From positions 284,917 to 348,916 of the forward strand of contig JALMLS010000573.1 in NCBI GenBank assembly GCA_038496445.1: DNA of 64,000 nucleotides, in the 5' to 3' direction. The notes beneath the pieces were generated by a model. That model saw only the letters and a list, made by a program, of their open reading frames with translations. It had not been told where the DNA came from and made no database searches. The first letter of the stretch is position 1. Each line of letters starts with the position of its first letter. The DNA is from Trichosphaerium sp. ATCC 40318 (taxonomy: Eukaryota; Protista; Tubulinea). Both the position numbers and the translations under genes were made by a program. Positions 1 through 12,203 of this stretch are shown piece after piece.

Positions 1-3000
1 CAACTTTGTCATTTGTATCGAAAAGATTCAATGTTCTGTAATCTATTGCTGTTATAACAAGTCCACTTGTTTCATAACACTCAAGTTAAAATATGACAAT
101 ATCAGATTAAACGCACGTGGCATTAGATCTATCCCAAGTCTGAGCATAGTTCAATCGCGGATTTAGATCCCAGATGGTATCACTTTGTAATCCTTTCAAG
201 TATGTTTAGTATTTGAAAATATGGCATGTTACTTGTACCTGCATCAGTGAGATACTCTACTTCTGACTCGGATTTCTCTGTATTGTTACTCCACATGTCA
301 TCAGGTAGATCATACAAGATACCTTGCATTAATTGTCCATCTTCATGCCAGAAGTCCTTGAAAACAGAATGGGTTAGTGTATTTGCGATTCTGGTTAATT
401 TGTTGTTGACTTACTGGAGACTGAACAAGTTTGCGGTCAAAAGTACAAATCAAATACCGAACGCCCTTTTCTATAGCCAGTTTAAAATAAGATCTTTTTG
501 GCTAATGTACGATTAGTGTTAATGGTATGGTATTGAAATAATTAAACAAATCATACCAACTTCTGTATCCATCCTTTAAGATCACGTCTCCAGTGTTCGT
601 TTATGTTGATAACAGAACATGATTTCCATAGATCACAGCAATGTTTTCCATAGGGACAATGCTGTAAAAATGATACAAACAAGCTACTTGAGTGCGTCGT
701 AAATATATAAGAAACCATTTTCATAAATATGAAGGCAAAAAAGTCTTGCCACAGCCTTGAACTGGGTACAATGCCTTTTGTTGCTTTCAAAATAGCAAAA
801 AACAAAGCAGATATTCTTTTATCTAAAGTTAGCTTGAGTATCAAGAAAACCCATGTATACACTAATCACCTGAATCAAGTGAAGTTGTGTTTCTGTCTTC
901 ATCAAGTTCAATATCATCAATATTTGCCTTTGCTTTGAATGCAGTTTCTACACTGTCGATATTACCATAGCTAGCTATAAGGAGTGTTAGATTTATGGTG
1001 GTTTTATTCGGTACCTGCTATAATTAAAAGCGTTCTCCCATATTTATCAACAGCATCAATGTTTGCGTTTGCATTCAGTAATGTAGAAACAACTGTGTTG
1101 TGACTTTTAGCCGCTAATGTACAATGAGTGAGATGCAACTCAAGATAGTTGATACTATAACGTACTTGCGTACAATAAAGCTGTGTATCCAAAAATACTA
1201 TCAACAATTTCAGTATCTGCATTGGCGTTGATCAAAGTGCAAACAACTTGATTATGCCCATTACAAGCTAAGTTTTATGAGGGGTATTTGTTTTAAGTAT
1301 GAAATGTCACCTGCTTCAATTAATGCAGTCTTCCCTTCATATCCAACACCATCAATATTAGCTCCTGATCTAAGAAAGAGTTTGACATATTCGTTGTGGC
1401 CCTCGCTAGCTAGCTGGTGTGAGGTATTGAAAAGATATAGATCACTTTTTACCAGCATGATGTAATGCAATGTCAATATTAGCTTTTGCCTTGATTAAGG
1501 TATTCACTACTTCATTGTGTCCGTTAGATACTAAGAAAGTATGAGTTAGAAAGTGTTGCACTTAATATTTTGCCGTAACCTGCATGGGTTAGAGGTGTGC
1601 ATCTCAGTTTGTCAGAAGCATCAATGTTTGCATTGGCTTGTATCAAGGTCAATACGACTTCATTGTGTCCCTTTCTTGCTATTGTATTGTAAGTTTTCAT
1701 GGTTGCTCTGTTGTGCTTTTATATCACCTGCAACAATTAATGCTGTATTCCCACAGCTATCAGCTTTTTCTATATTCGCATTAAGTTGAGTCAAGGTTGA
1801 TACAGCTTTATTATGTCCACTGTCCGCTGGTGTATTGTCACATGTAACTAAGTGTATATTTTGACATTACCTGCGTGAATTAAAGCTGTGCCTCCATCAT
1901 TATCAACAGCATCAATGTTTGCCTTGGCTGTTATTAAAGTTGAGATTACTTCATTGTGTCCGCCACAGGCTAATATTTTTATAAGTTAGTTATTGTGCTT
2001 GCTTTGTTTTGTTTTGTACCTGCAACAAGTAAAGGTGTGTTTCCAAAATTATCAACCGCCTCAATGTTTGTATTGGCTTTAATTAAGGTTGAAACAACGT
2101 CATTATGTCCACTAGATGCTAGGCTATGTAAGTTATAGGTTGTTATCTAAGATGTTGATATCACCTGCGAGATGTAAAGCAGTGTATCCATTGTTATCCA
2201 CACTGTTGATGCTTGCATTTGCTTGAAGTAGTATTTTGACAACTTCATTTTGTCCGTTACATGCTAGATATTGTGAGCTGTACTAGAAGTTTAGATATAT
2301 TACAATTTACCTGCACCATGCAATGCTGTAATTCCATCGTTATCACCAGCATCAATATTTACGTTAGCTTGAATAAAGGCCGAAACAACATCGTTGTGTC
2401 CTCGTGACGCTTTGGTATTGTGAGTTTTAGGATGAAGTTGTAAGTTAACACATATAGAGATGGTCACTAACGGCCATAGCCGGTTAGCCGTTTAAATTTT
2501 TGTCTATAACCGGCTAAGAAAAATAAGGGAAAACTCAAACATTTTTTGCATTTTTTTTTGCGTGATACTAGGCTTTGGACGTGTATCAAAACATAAAAGA
2601 AGTTCAAAGCCATTGAGAGCCTTTAGAACTTAAAAAAGCATGCGGATTCATGGTACAACACCAACAAATTCTCACATTTTTAAACGGTCTAGCCGATTAC
2701 AGATTTTGTTACTGGATCGAACCGCGACCCCCTCTAACCACATAGTACCTCCAATAAGTAAAGCTTTGTGCGCATTATCTGTTTCGGTATTTGTACTTGC
2801 TCTGAGTAAGGCTGACACAACTGTACTATGTCCCATATATGCTAAAATAGTACGATTATAGTCAAGATATTGCGTCCATAGTGTGATCTCATACCTGCCA
2901 AAAAAAGAGCTGTATATCCATGGTTATCAACTACCTCAGTGTTTGCATTTGCTTTTATCAAGGTCAATATCACTTCATTGTGTCCGGCGTGTGCTAGTGT

Positions 3001-3462
3001 TGTTATTGAGCCACATACTTTTCGTTGTTTTCGATAGGAAGTGAGGATACCTGCATAAATTAAAGCTGTATCACCCGTGTTATTAACAGCATCAATATTA
3101 GCACGCGATTCAATTAGCAATTTGACGATTTCATTATGTCCTTTGTGGGCTAACAGGTCACGTGATTAGAAGCTTTTGTTAAGCTTTGCGCTACCTGCAT
3201 TAATTAGAGGTGTATTCCCTTTACGTTCACCAACAGCTTCGATATTAGCGCTTTCTTTGATTAATAATTCTACAAGCTCCTTGTTTCCTTTCTCCGCTAA
3301 GTAATGTGAGTTGCCTCGTTTTTCTTTGTTATTATTACCAGCATCAAGCAACGCTTCTTTTTTGTCACTAGCGGTCAGTCCTATTACGTAGATTAACAAA
3401 CAGGTACAAACTTCGTTACCAGTACCCTCCACCTGTGTATTTTTGCTCTGTGGTTCTGCCAT
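1..3462 (-). CDS. Ankyrin-repeat / PARP-like ADP-ribosyltransferase family gene 1 (multi-exon; 3' part runs off the left edge)
   Basis: ATG at 3462 (MAEPQSKNT), then about 15 ankyrin-type exons, mostly 99 nt with GT-AG phase-1 introns (e.g. 3051-3149, 2895-2993, 2311-2409, 2165-2263, 2020-2118, 1871-1969, 1728-1826, 1580-1678, 1311-1409, 1015-1113). Consensus is AxxGHNEVVxxLIxAxANIDAVDxxGxTALxxA. A linker domain follows (SRLWQDFF, DFWHEDGQLMQGILYDLP). Bases 1-450 are nearly identical to the pre-PARP part of gene 2. Confidence 0.9.
2455..2736. mobile_element. Non-autonomous hAT-type MITE inserted in an intron of gene 1
   Basis: Imperfect terminal inverted repeats TAGAGATGGTC...GACCCCCTCTA, flanked by a near-identical 8-bp duplication (aacacata 2447-2454 / accacata 2737-2744). 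It expands an otherwise ~50-nt intron. Confidence 0.7.
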
Positions 3463-4065
3463 GACGTGTTGCCACTCCTGAAGTATCAGTACAGCGTTAT
3501 TAAGTTAGGATAAATTGACTTGCGACAACAACACTGTTTCTTTCGCTACAGCTCCGTTTTTAAGAGCAGTACTTAATGCGTTATTATGTTATGATAAACG
3601 CGAAACAGCGTATTGGGAGTCACTCACAGAGGTTAGAAAAATATTGGCTTAAATCGAACATTTACTCAGAACAATTTTTTTCATAAAGATTTCCTTTAGC
3701 GAATTTTCTGATTGAGCAGCGAGTGCCCTAAATTAAAGGTGCAAACTAAAATGCGTTTTTAATGAATTTCACTTTGTCACGTGAATAATTTTGTGCCCAG
3801 ATTGTTTGTCTTCTACCTGGAGCATTAAGTACTGCTCTTAAAAACGGAGCTGTAGCGAAAGAAACAGTGTTGTTGTCACAAGTCAATTTATCCTAACTTA
3901 ATAACGCTGTACTGATACTTCAGGAGTGGCAACACGTCATGGCAGAACCACAGAGCAAAAATACACAGGTGGAGGGTACTGGTAACGAAGTTTGTACCTG
4001 TTTGTTAATCTACGTAATAGGACTGACCGCTAGTGATAGAGAAGGAGCGTTGCTTGATGCTGGTA
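3336..4065. repeat. Inverted repeat: 244-bp arms (3336-3579 / 3822-4065) around a 242-bp spacer
   Basis: The arms are reverse complements with about 5 mismatches. Each carries upstream sequence, ATG, exon 1, intron 1 and exon 2 of one of the divergent ANK-PARP genes. Confidence 0.95.
3580..3821. promoter_or_regulatory. Shared bidirectional promoter spacer between genes 1 and 2, containing GTCACGTGA (3776-3784)
   Basis: This is the only unique DNA between the two divergent 5' arms, and it contains an E-box-like palindrome. Function is inferred from position. Confidence 0.5.
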
Positions 4066-7000
4066 CCAATACAAGATTAAATAGATTACCAGTAGCTCAT
4101 ATAACCAAAGCAACAAGTGGCAACAACGAGATCGTCAGCACATTAATAAAATCGAACGTAAATATTGATGCTGTTGATAAATACGGAAATACTGCTTTAA
4201 TCCTTGCAGGTAACATCATATGATAGCACGTGCGAATAACACATCCTAGCAAAGCACGGAAACAATAAAGTCTTATCGACTTTAATCACAGCGAAAGCTA
4301 ACATTGAGGCTGTTGATAAATACGGAAGAACACCTTTAATTGTTGCAGGTGATATCAGATAGTTCACTTGTAACTTGTAACTCTAACGTGTTATCGCAGC
4401 AAGCAATATAGTAGCCACAGAATACAACAATAATGCTGTGTCCACTTTAATCAAATCCAACGCGAATGTTGATGCTACTAGTATACATGGAAACACAGCT
4501 CTACATCTTGCAGGTAACAGTTAAACATCACATCCAAAAAAACTGTTATTTACACAATACATAGCGGATAGTGGAAGCGGTTTAATCGTCTCCATGCTAC
4601 TAAAAGCTGGTGCAAATGCTGTTGCCATTAACAAGAAAGGATACACTCCCTTACTTTACGCAGGTATAGTTCTAAGATTTAGTTCATTCGCTGTAACTTA
4701 CCTTAACTTAAGCACAAAATGGGAACATGTATGATGTTGAAATGCTAATCAAAGAAATAACCAATACTGAAGAGCGCTCAAAATCTACTTCACGTGATTA
4801 TGGTGCTAATTACTCCAACATACATGTGGAATGTATTACTCAAACTTCTTTAGATCAACTATTAACTTCTTTGTTTGTTAATAGTTTGAAAGCCACAGGC
4901 GGAGTTTTACCAACTTCAAGATTGTGGCAAGACTTTTTTGTCTGTGTATTTGTGAGAGTGATTTCCAACAAACAAGTGTTCATTCCGCTGTTTGAGACTT
5001 TCTTAAAACACTGCCCTACTTATGAAAGCTGTAATCTATGGAATTCTTGTTTGCTCACAATTGCTAACAATAAAAATGTTTCAGTGGCCACTGACGAATG
5101 GCTAAGGTACTTGGTACGATATAAGTTCATTCTTAAAATTTTACTACCATTCCGACTGACGAAATATACCTTAGCCAACGCGTTCTTATTTTAAATTGGT
5201 GATGGAAAAGGGTATTTGCCGTTTAATTTGTACTTTTGACCGCAAACTTGTTCAGTCTCCAGTAAGTCAACAACAAATTATCAGAAATCGCAAATACACT
5301 AACATTTTGTTTTCAAGGACTTCTGGCGTGAAGATGGACAATTAATGCAAGGTATCTTGTATGATCTACCTGATGACATGTGGAGTAACAATACAGAGAA
5401 ATCCGAGTCAGGCGTAGAGTGTTTCACTGATACAGGTACAAGTAACATGCCATATTTTCAAATACTAAACATACTTGAAAGGATTACAAAGTGATACCAT
5501 CTGGGATCTAAATCCACGATTGAACTATGCACAGACTTGGGATAGATCTAATGCCATGTGCGTTTAATCTGATATTGTCATATTTTAACTTGAGTGTTAT
5601 GAAACAAGTGGACTTGTTACAACAGCAACAGATTACAGAACATTGAATCTTTTCGATACAAATGACAAAGTTGCTGTCAGAGAACTACAGATCCTCAAAC
5701 AAAAAATGTCAAAACTACATGGTTACAACGATTTCAGTCTTGTTGAAGCCAAGCTTGTGTGTAATGACACCTTGAATCAAAACTTTGGAAACGCCAATAG
5801 AATACTGAAACACAGACATCAGTATGTTTTTTTTTTTTTAATTCAACTTTACCAAACGTATGTAATTTTGCTAACCTGAACTTAGAGGATTACCGAGACT
5901 GTTTAAAAAACAAGATTGGAGAGAAGATAATATCAACAAGGAATACAATGACGCCGTTTACAAAAAGTATGATAGCCTTGTTAAACATGACGCAAGTTAT
6001 AATGATGCCAACACTTCACAAGATGTAACATTCTTCTGTTTTTTTTTCTTTAGAGTATTGAATCACTAACAAAAGCTGTTTAGGTACCAGTGATATTGAT
6101 GGTTCATGGAACAACTCAAAAAGCAGCTTACAGTATTGTACAAGCTGGATTCGGAACTGTGAGTGCATTGGATGCTGGTTACTATGGCCAAGGCATCTAC
6201 TTTACAGTATGTTTAAAACCATTAAATCACCCCCTTTTCACTTTTTTACCCCACAGACAAGTATACAATACGCTTGTTCATACGATCTATCTGGCACCAC
6301 TGAAAAAACTCTGATTTTGAGTCTTGTCACTCCTGGCAACGTATATCCTGTACGCAAGTGATTTGAGTATGTTGTTCATTTAATAATGTTCTTCAAAGGT
6401 AAAACCAAACGACAAGTTAAGAGGACAACCAATTAAACCAGGCTACCAAAGTCACTACACTTTGGTTGATCGATTGGGTAGACCTCTCAAAGAACGTAAA
6501 CTTGCCAATGCAGTGTATGATGAGCTTGTTGTTGCCCAAGGTATTCCTTTATCCAAACACTTATACTATGTTTTATTCTGACGATATTAGATGTTCAAGC
6601 TGTTGCTCGTTACATCATCAAAGTTGTACAGAAACCCAAACAGCCCAAAACAAACCAAACAAAATCGTCTAAGAAGGAAGATAAACATGCCAAGCATACC
6701 AACAAGCCAAGCGGAAAAGATATTGATGATTCAGATGATGAGCTTTCTGACACTGAAGATGAGAAGTTTATTAGTAAACGGTACAATCATCACAAATTTC
6801 TTGTGTTCTGTTAACTTTATTGTACTAGAAAACTATGGGCATCTACTTCGCCACTTGACGAGGCACAGAAAAACAAAGTAGAACAAGAGCCAGGTAAGAA
6901 TATAAGTTCACCAAAGGGCCAACACGCAGACGCTGAACTCCATTTTGAACAAGAAGTACACAACGAGGTTGATCAACTACAGAGAACAAACGCCATCTTA

Positions 7001-7144
7001 AAAGAAAGCGCTGTTTCCTTAAACCAAGAGAATGCAAACCAACTGCAAAGCATCGCCAGCTTAGAAGAGAGTAATGCTATCCTAGAGGAAAGAAATGCCT
7101 TTCTACTTGCCAAACTTGCTAAGCTTGAGAGCGCACAGAAGTAG
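3939..7144 (+). CDS. Ankyrin-repeat / PARP-like ADP-ribosyltransferase / coiled-coil gene 2 (complete, multi-exon)
   Basis: Four 99-nt ankyrin exons (4111-4209, 4250-4348, 4415-4513, 4565-4663) plus a partial fifth, then the linker domain. ART motifs: LMVHGT, DAGYYGQGIYFT, YACSY, YDELVVAQ. The coiled-coil tail ends LAKLAKLESAQK, TAG at 7142-7144. Confidence 0.9.
5226..5673. repeat. Outer inverted-repeat arm: near-identical reverse complement of bases 1-450, introns included
   Basis: Base 1 pairs with 5673. Exons and introns (gtaagtcaacaacaaatta..., gtacaagtaacatgccatattttc...) match almost base for base. The arm probably continues beyond the window on the gene 1 side. Confidence 0.9.
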
Positions 7145-7370
7145 ACAATAACGTTTCATGCTTTATTTGTTCTATTCCTATCACACAATAACCATGTAAC
7201 AATCATTTACAATAAACATACTCACAACCATTATTAATGGCTCAATAGGACAACGGCTTAGGTTAATAGTATAAACGCCTTTAAGAGCATGTATAGCTTT
7301 ATTGTAACTGAATTAAAGCTTAGATCGATAGTGTACTCCAGCAAGAGCAATAGTCTTTATTTCATAATTT

Positions 7371-9568
7371 TCATAATTTCGGTTGCTGCCTCAGAATTTG
7401 TCTTATACCAAAGTCTAACATAATCTCTTCAGAACCACCGCCAATAACATCTAAATAATAAATTAGTATTTCAACAACTAACAGTAATATATTGCCGTAC
7501 ATGCTCTACACTCCCTCGACAAGCGTTCAGCCACTGCACCCATACCTGTTTTGGTGAATGCTTTCGCTCCAAAGATTTGTCCAGACTCCCTTACACAAAA
7601 CTCGAAGCACGCTGTCGACTGTGTCTTAAGGAGTGCTACCGCGCCTCCAAGCTTAGTACGGGATTCAAATTTATCCATGTGCTCCATTTGATAAGTAATA
7701 TGCTCAAGCCAATTCCAAGAAGATTCTATAAAACGAAGCATTCTCCCAAGTTTATTTCTAAATTTTTGTTTTTTGGTTAAGCATTACGAACCATCTTTTA
7801 TGTGTTTTTTTGTTTATGACATACCGTATTACTGGATGTTCTATGAGTTTCTTTCCGAACGTTTTACGTTTTTGTGCGTATTTTAGAGACTCTAGAAAAG
7901 TCATCAATCACCAAAACAAGTCTTTAACAGAAAGAAAGCCAAATACTTCTCCACTTTTGTACCTTCATAGAGTACCCTAGAAAAACGTAACTACGAGAAG
8001 TGTTAGTCTACACACCTTTATAATATGTAAAGTATAAACGTACAACTTGTATTGCTAGTAACCACCTCTCATTGTTAAAGTTCCACATGATATAAAAGAA
8101 CCCATTATTTTCTTCTCCTATTAGATTACATGCAGGGACTTTAACATCTTCGAATGTAATGAAAGCTGTTCCTGATACATAAACACCAGTACATTCCATT
8201 TGACGTGTAGTTATCCCAGGCATGCCTGGAAGCATCAAAAAGTTAACAACAGTCACGTGATTTGAAAAAACGGTTGTAAAATAACAAACAGTAAAGAAGT
8301 CAAATGAAATAAAATGATATAAAAAGTGCTACGTTGTTTGGCGACTAAACGCATGATTTAAGATATGTACCTCGCTCCAAAAGCAAGAAAGAGAGGCCAT
8401 GAAGGCCTTCACCACCAGTCCTCACTGCTACAGTAAAGTAATCTGCAAATACGCCGTTCTAAAGTTTATGAGAACTGAGCAGCAGTGCAAGTCTAAAACC
8501 GTACTGTTATCCATTTCTTTGAACCATTGACAATGTAATGCTTGCCATCTGGTGTTTTCTTGGCAGTTGTTTCCAATTGTGCAACATCGCTCCCGGCATT
8601 TGGCTCTAAATTCAGTTACAACCTACAGATTGTAAAGAACTTTTACCTGTTATGCATAAACACATTATTTTTTCACCGCTAATACAGTCACCAAGCACCT
8701 TGTCTTTCAGATACCTTTTTGGAAAAAAATAAGAATTGGCAATAAATATTTCTCAAGTTGAAGCAAATACTGACTCCAATAAGCAAAAAGGATAAACAAA
8801 AGCTAATAATTCAAAAAACGAAAGATAATTCGTCATACTTTTAAAAGTATGCCTGATGATAACACGTGTCAAAACGAAAACAAAAGGGTATTTTTTTTCG
8901 GAAGTGAAAAAAAAGCTAAAACAGAGCTCTGCTTACTGAGATCCGAAGTTACGTATAGGTGGTAGTCCTATTGCCAAACCACCAGATATTGCCCAACATA
9001 CACCTCCTGAACCAATACGTGATAGTTCATCTGTTAGTATGAGCTCATGAAACTTATCAAACTCCTCAGGTTTAACATCACCTTTTTCAACAGGTTATTC
9101 CTCAATACAATAACGTCCATGCGTACCAATTATATGGCGAGTATGCTCTGCAGGCCATGGATGACCGGCTACACCACCTAGAATACCAGCTTGAAAAGCT
9201 CGTTTGTAAATAGTTGGATCTATTCTTCCGGATTTTTCCCATTCTTCTACATAAGGTCTACGAAACGTGTTAGTTACGCAAGAAGAAGCTATTATCGATT
9301 TTAACGGCCAAATTGAAAGAAATGTACCAAAAAATTTGTACCTCATTTCTTTATCAATCCAAGCACGCGCTGCTATGCGCATACGCGTATGAGAAGCATT
9401 GTAGTACGGAGACTTCCATCCTTGGCTCCTGTGACATACAATTAAACATGCACGCCTTGTAAAATAAAATAACGCAGGTAAGCCGTAATTTTACGTCGGT
9501 TTGGGATATTGGAGGTAAAATAATAGTTACCAGGTCGGATCGCCAAAAGGAACAATTTTATCGCTCAT
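7371..9568 (-). CDS. Acyl-CoA dehydrogenase (multi-exon)
   Basis: Spliced motifs [84 protein letters not shown]. Confidence 0.93.
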
Positions 9569-9830
9569 ACTTCGTTTAACCGTAAAGAGTAAGTGTCAAA
9601 CTGATTTTATACTATTTCTTTCGAAAAATATTGACTAGCTATGTCATTCACCTTGTGCTCACTCGGTATAGCTGCTTCACAAGGTGTTGCGTCTTTTTCA
9701 CGCAGGTACTGTCTCGTAAACTGCTATTTAAAGAATAAATTGTTCTTTTATTATTTTTCTTTTGGTTTTAGTTTAATATTTAACGTTAGATACAATAATA
9801 AGGCCACGCGCGTACGCCCGTATTATTTCT

Positions 9831-11078
9831 TTAGTTGCGCTTTTTTCTGCTTTTTTTGCTTTTTGATTTAGGAGATACATTGTCAAATGCACCAATCTTA
9901 TCCTCACACTTATGTGAGAATAATAGCTTCTTAAATTTGACACTGTAGAAGATACGAACTGGTCGCATGCTGAGTATTCTATGACCGGCCTTATCGTCAT
10001 CATTATCATCATACAAGAATTTCTAGTGTAAAGGTAAACAATGGCGACATTTGCGTTTTTTCGAAATCGTCATCTACGCGCGTAGGTACGTATCAACAGA
10101 TCTACGCGTAGATGACTGACTTAGCGTGATTTAAAATGGAACAAGATCAAAAGAAATAGAGGTACCCATTTCAATTTAGCTACGCCACCGTGCTCTTGAA
10201 TACACTCATAGATGTATTTTTCGAAAACTCTAAACTTCCCTCTGTTTATTCCTGCATCTTGAGGGAAAATATTGATAGGATCACTTTAAACACCAATGAC
10301 AGTATATTAGCGAACCAAATAACACCCACATGGATAGTATGTACGTACACACCGCTTCCTCCGAGTCTATTAGCCAAGATATGGCCTGCATCATCATCTG
10401 ACTTTCCAACTAGGTTTTATAATTAACAAACACGCTTTTAAGCATAGCTGACGAGACACGTAGGTCAACAGACTGTAGTGCAGCCGCAGCTGCGAGCATC
10501 AGAAATGTTTTGTAACCAAAAAACACAGAAGGCAATTACGTACGCGATCTAGCGTATTTACGCGTTGGCTTATCAGTTTCACTTCCAGTATCGAGCGTTT
10601 TTCTAGATACCTTTGCGTTTACGTATTTCACTCTTGATTTAGAATAGCGGTCATCTGCTGTACCACCACGTATGTACTTATAATAAACAGTTGCTGTTTG
10701 CCTTTCCGATTGTCCTGGTCCAAATTTCTTCCAGGTACCACGAAACCTTCCTGGATCTATATAGGGATGAGTTTAACACGTAATTCACACAAGAAAGGTT
10801 AAATGTTCAGCTTGGCGCTTTTAAACGTTAAACAGGACTGTAATATTGTATTACAGTGCAATGGAGGGTGTTTAAGCTGATTACTGTGAATTTCGATTGC
10901 AATACTTCCTTCATACGCAATATCTTGAAATTCGATTGCCAAAGTACGTACGCGCTGGTCCATACACTCTATCAGTGATTTCATCATCTTCTTCAAACAA
11001 GAAGTCAAATAAAGCTGTACAGGTTGATATTATTAAGCATAGCAATATAAGCGCTAAGACGCTTTGCTTGCTTCTCAT
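9831..11078 (-). CDS. Secreted DNA/RNA non-specific endonuclease (His-Me finger, Endonuclea_NS_2-like)
   Basis: N-terminal signal peptide MRSKQSVLALILLCLIISTCTA. Spliced catalytic motifs DDAGHILANRLGGSG / DPINIFPQDAGINRGKFRVFE. Basic C-terminal tail. Confidence 0.75.
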
Positions 11079-12203
11079 TTTGGAGCTATACTTCTTATTG
11101 CAGGAGAAAAACTTCCAAAAAAGGTAATAAAGACTTAACCGTGCTGTAAGTGGGCTGAGTGCAAGACGTTGAAACAAAGTAAGGAGAGATATAATTGTTG
11201 CAGTTCAACGTCGACTCAACAGTAATTTGTAAACGCTCAATAGTGCTAAATTGGAGGCTTTGGATTTTTGTGTTTTATGCAGTAGAAGGATTGCCTTTGT
11301 TTTTGTGAGTAAAGCCATTAATTGACTGCATACCTTTATTGGGAATCTTGTAGATGATTCAAATGTGTTTCTTCCCAAACAATAAGCCAGAAAGTATAGT
11401 TAAAGCAAAGGATGTTCCTAAGCGAGTATAGACACTTCCCAAAAAACTGTCAAATTTCCTATTGGCACAAAGAGGCACAATTGGAACGAGAGTGAGGCCA
11501 AAGCTTACGTACGTCACAAATGCAGTTGATTGAACTACATCCGAATCATTAATAACTCAGGATATTTTACAAGTCTTCAAAATAGCTTAATGAAGTTCGT
11601 CTCTGCCTTATGGCCACAGAAACACGCTTTGGAATTAGAAGAGCGTTCTTATGGCTATTAAATGCTTTTTTAGCACTCTTGACAACTAAAAGGCGATCTA
11701 AAAGGTATGTACATGCTTAGTAGTATCCATTAATGAAACAAAAGCCGATAAAAAGCGTATTTGATCAAATTACTTCTTTGTGTTTTTTTGTTGGCTTTAA
11801 AACTTTTTTGCATCACGTGACTGTGAAACGTTGGATATAAGCAAACGCTCACTAGCGAAAAGCCCATTGAGCGGAATAATATTAGTTCTGTTGTTTGCTA
11901 TTTCTAACTTTAATGGCCTGTGTGCTTGTTTTGCGCTATTTAACACAATTGTCATGAGGTTACATAGCATCATAATCATACTTCCAAATTACTGAAAAAA
12001 TACTTCTTTGGTAGTTCGTGTCATGTCCCATTTGTTGTTGTAAACCAAAAACACGTGATCGAGTTTAACAAACAAACGAACTAACAGTCATATCATAAAA
12101 TTACCGAAAGGAACCTGTCTTTTTAAACGGCTCGAGACGTCAAGTCTTCGTGCACACAATATGTTTTGTTCGTTTGAAAAAAAAAAAAAAAACACAAAAA
12201 GCA

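Noticed and set aside
3939-7144. Tankyrase orthologue (TNKS)
   Set aside because: No recognisable SAM domain or tankyrase ankyrin-cluster pattern, and it has a different linker and a C-terminal coiled coil.
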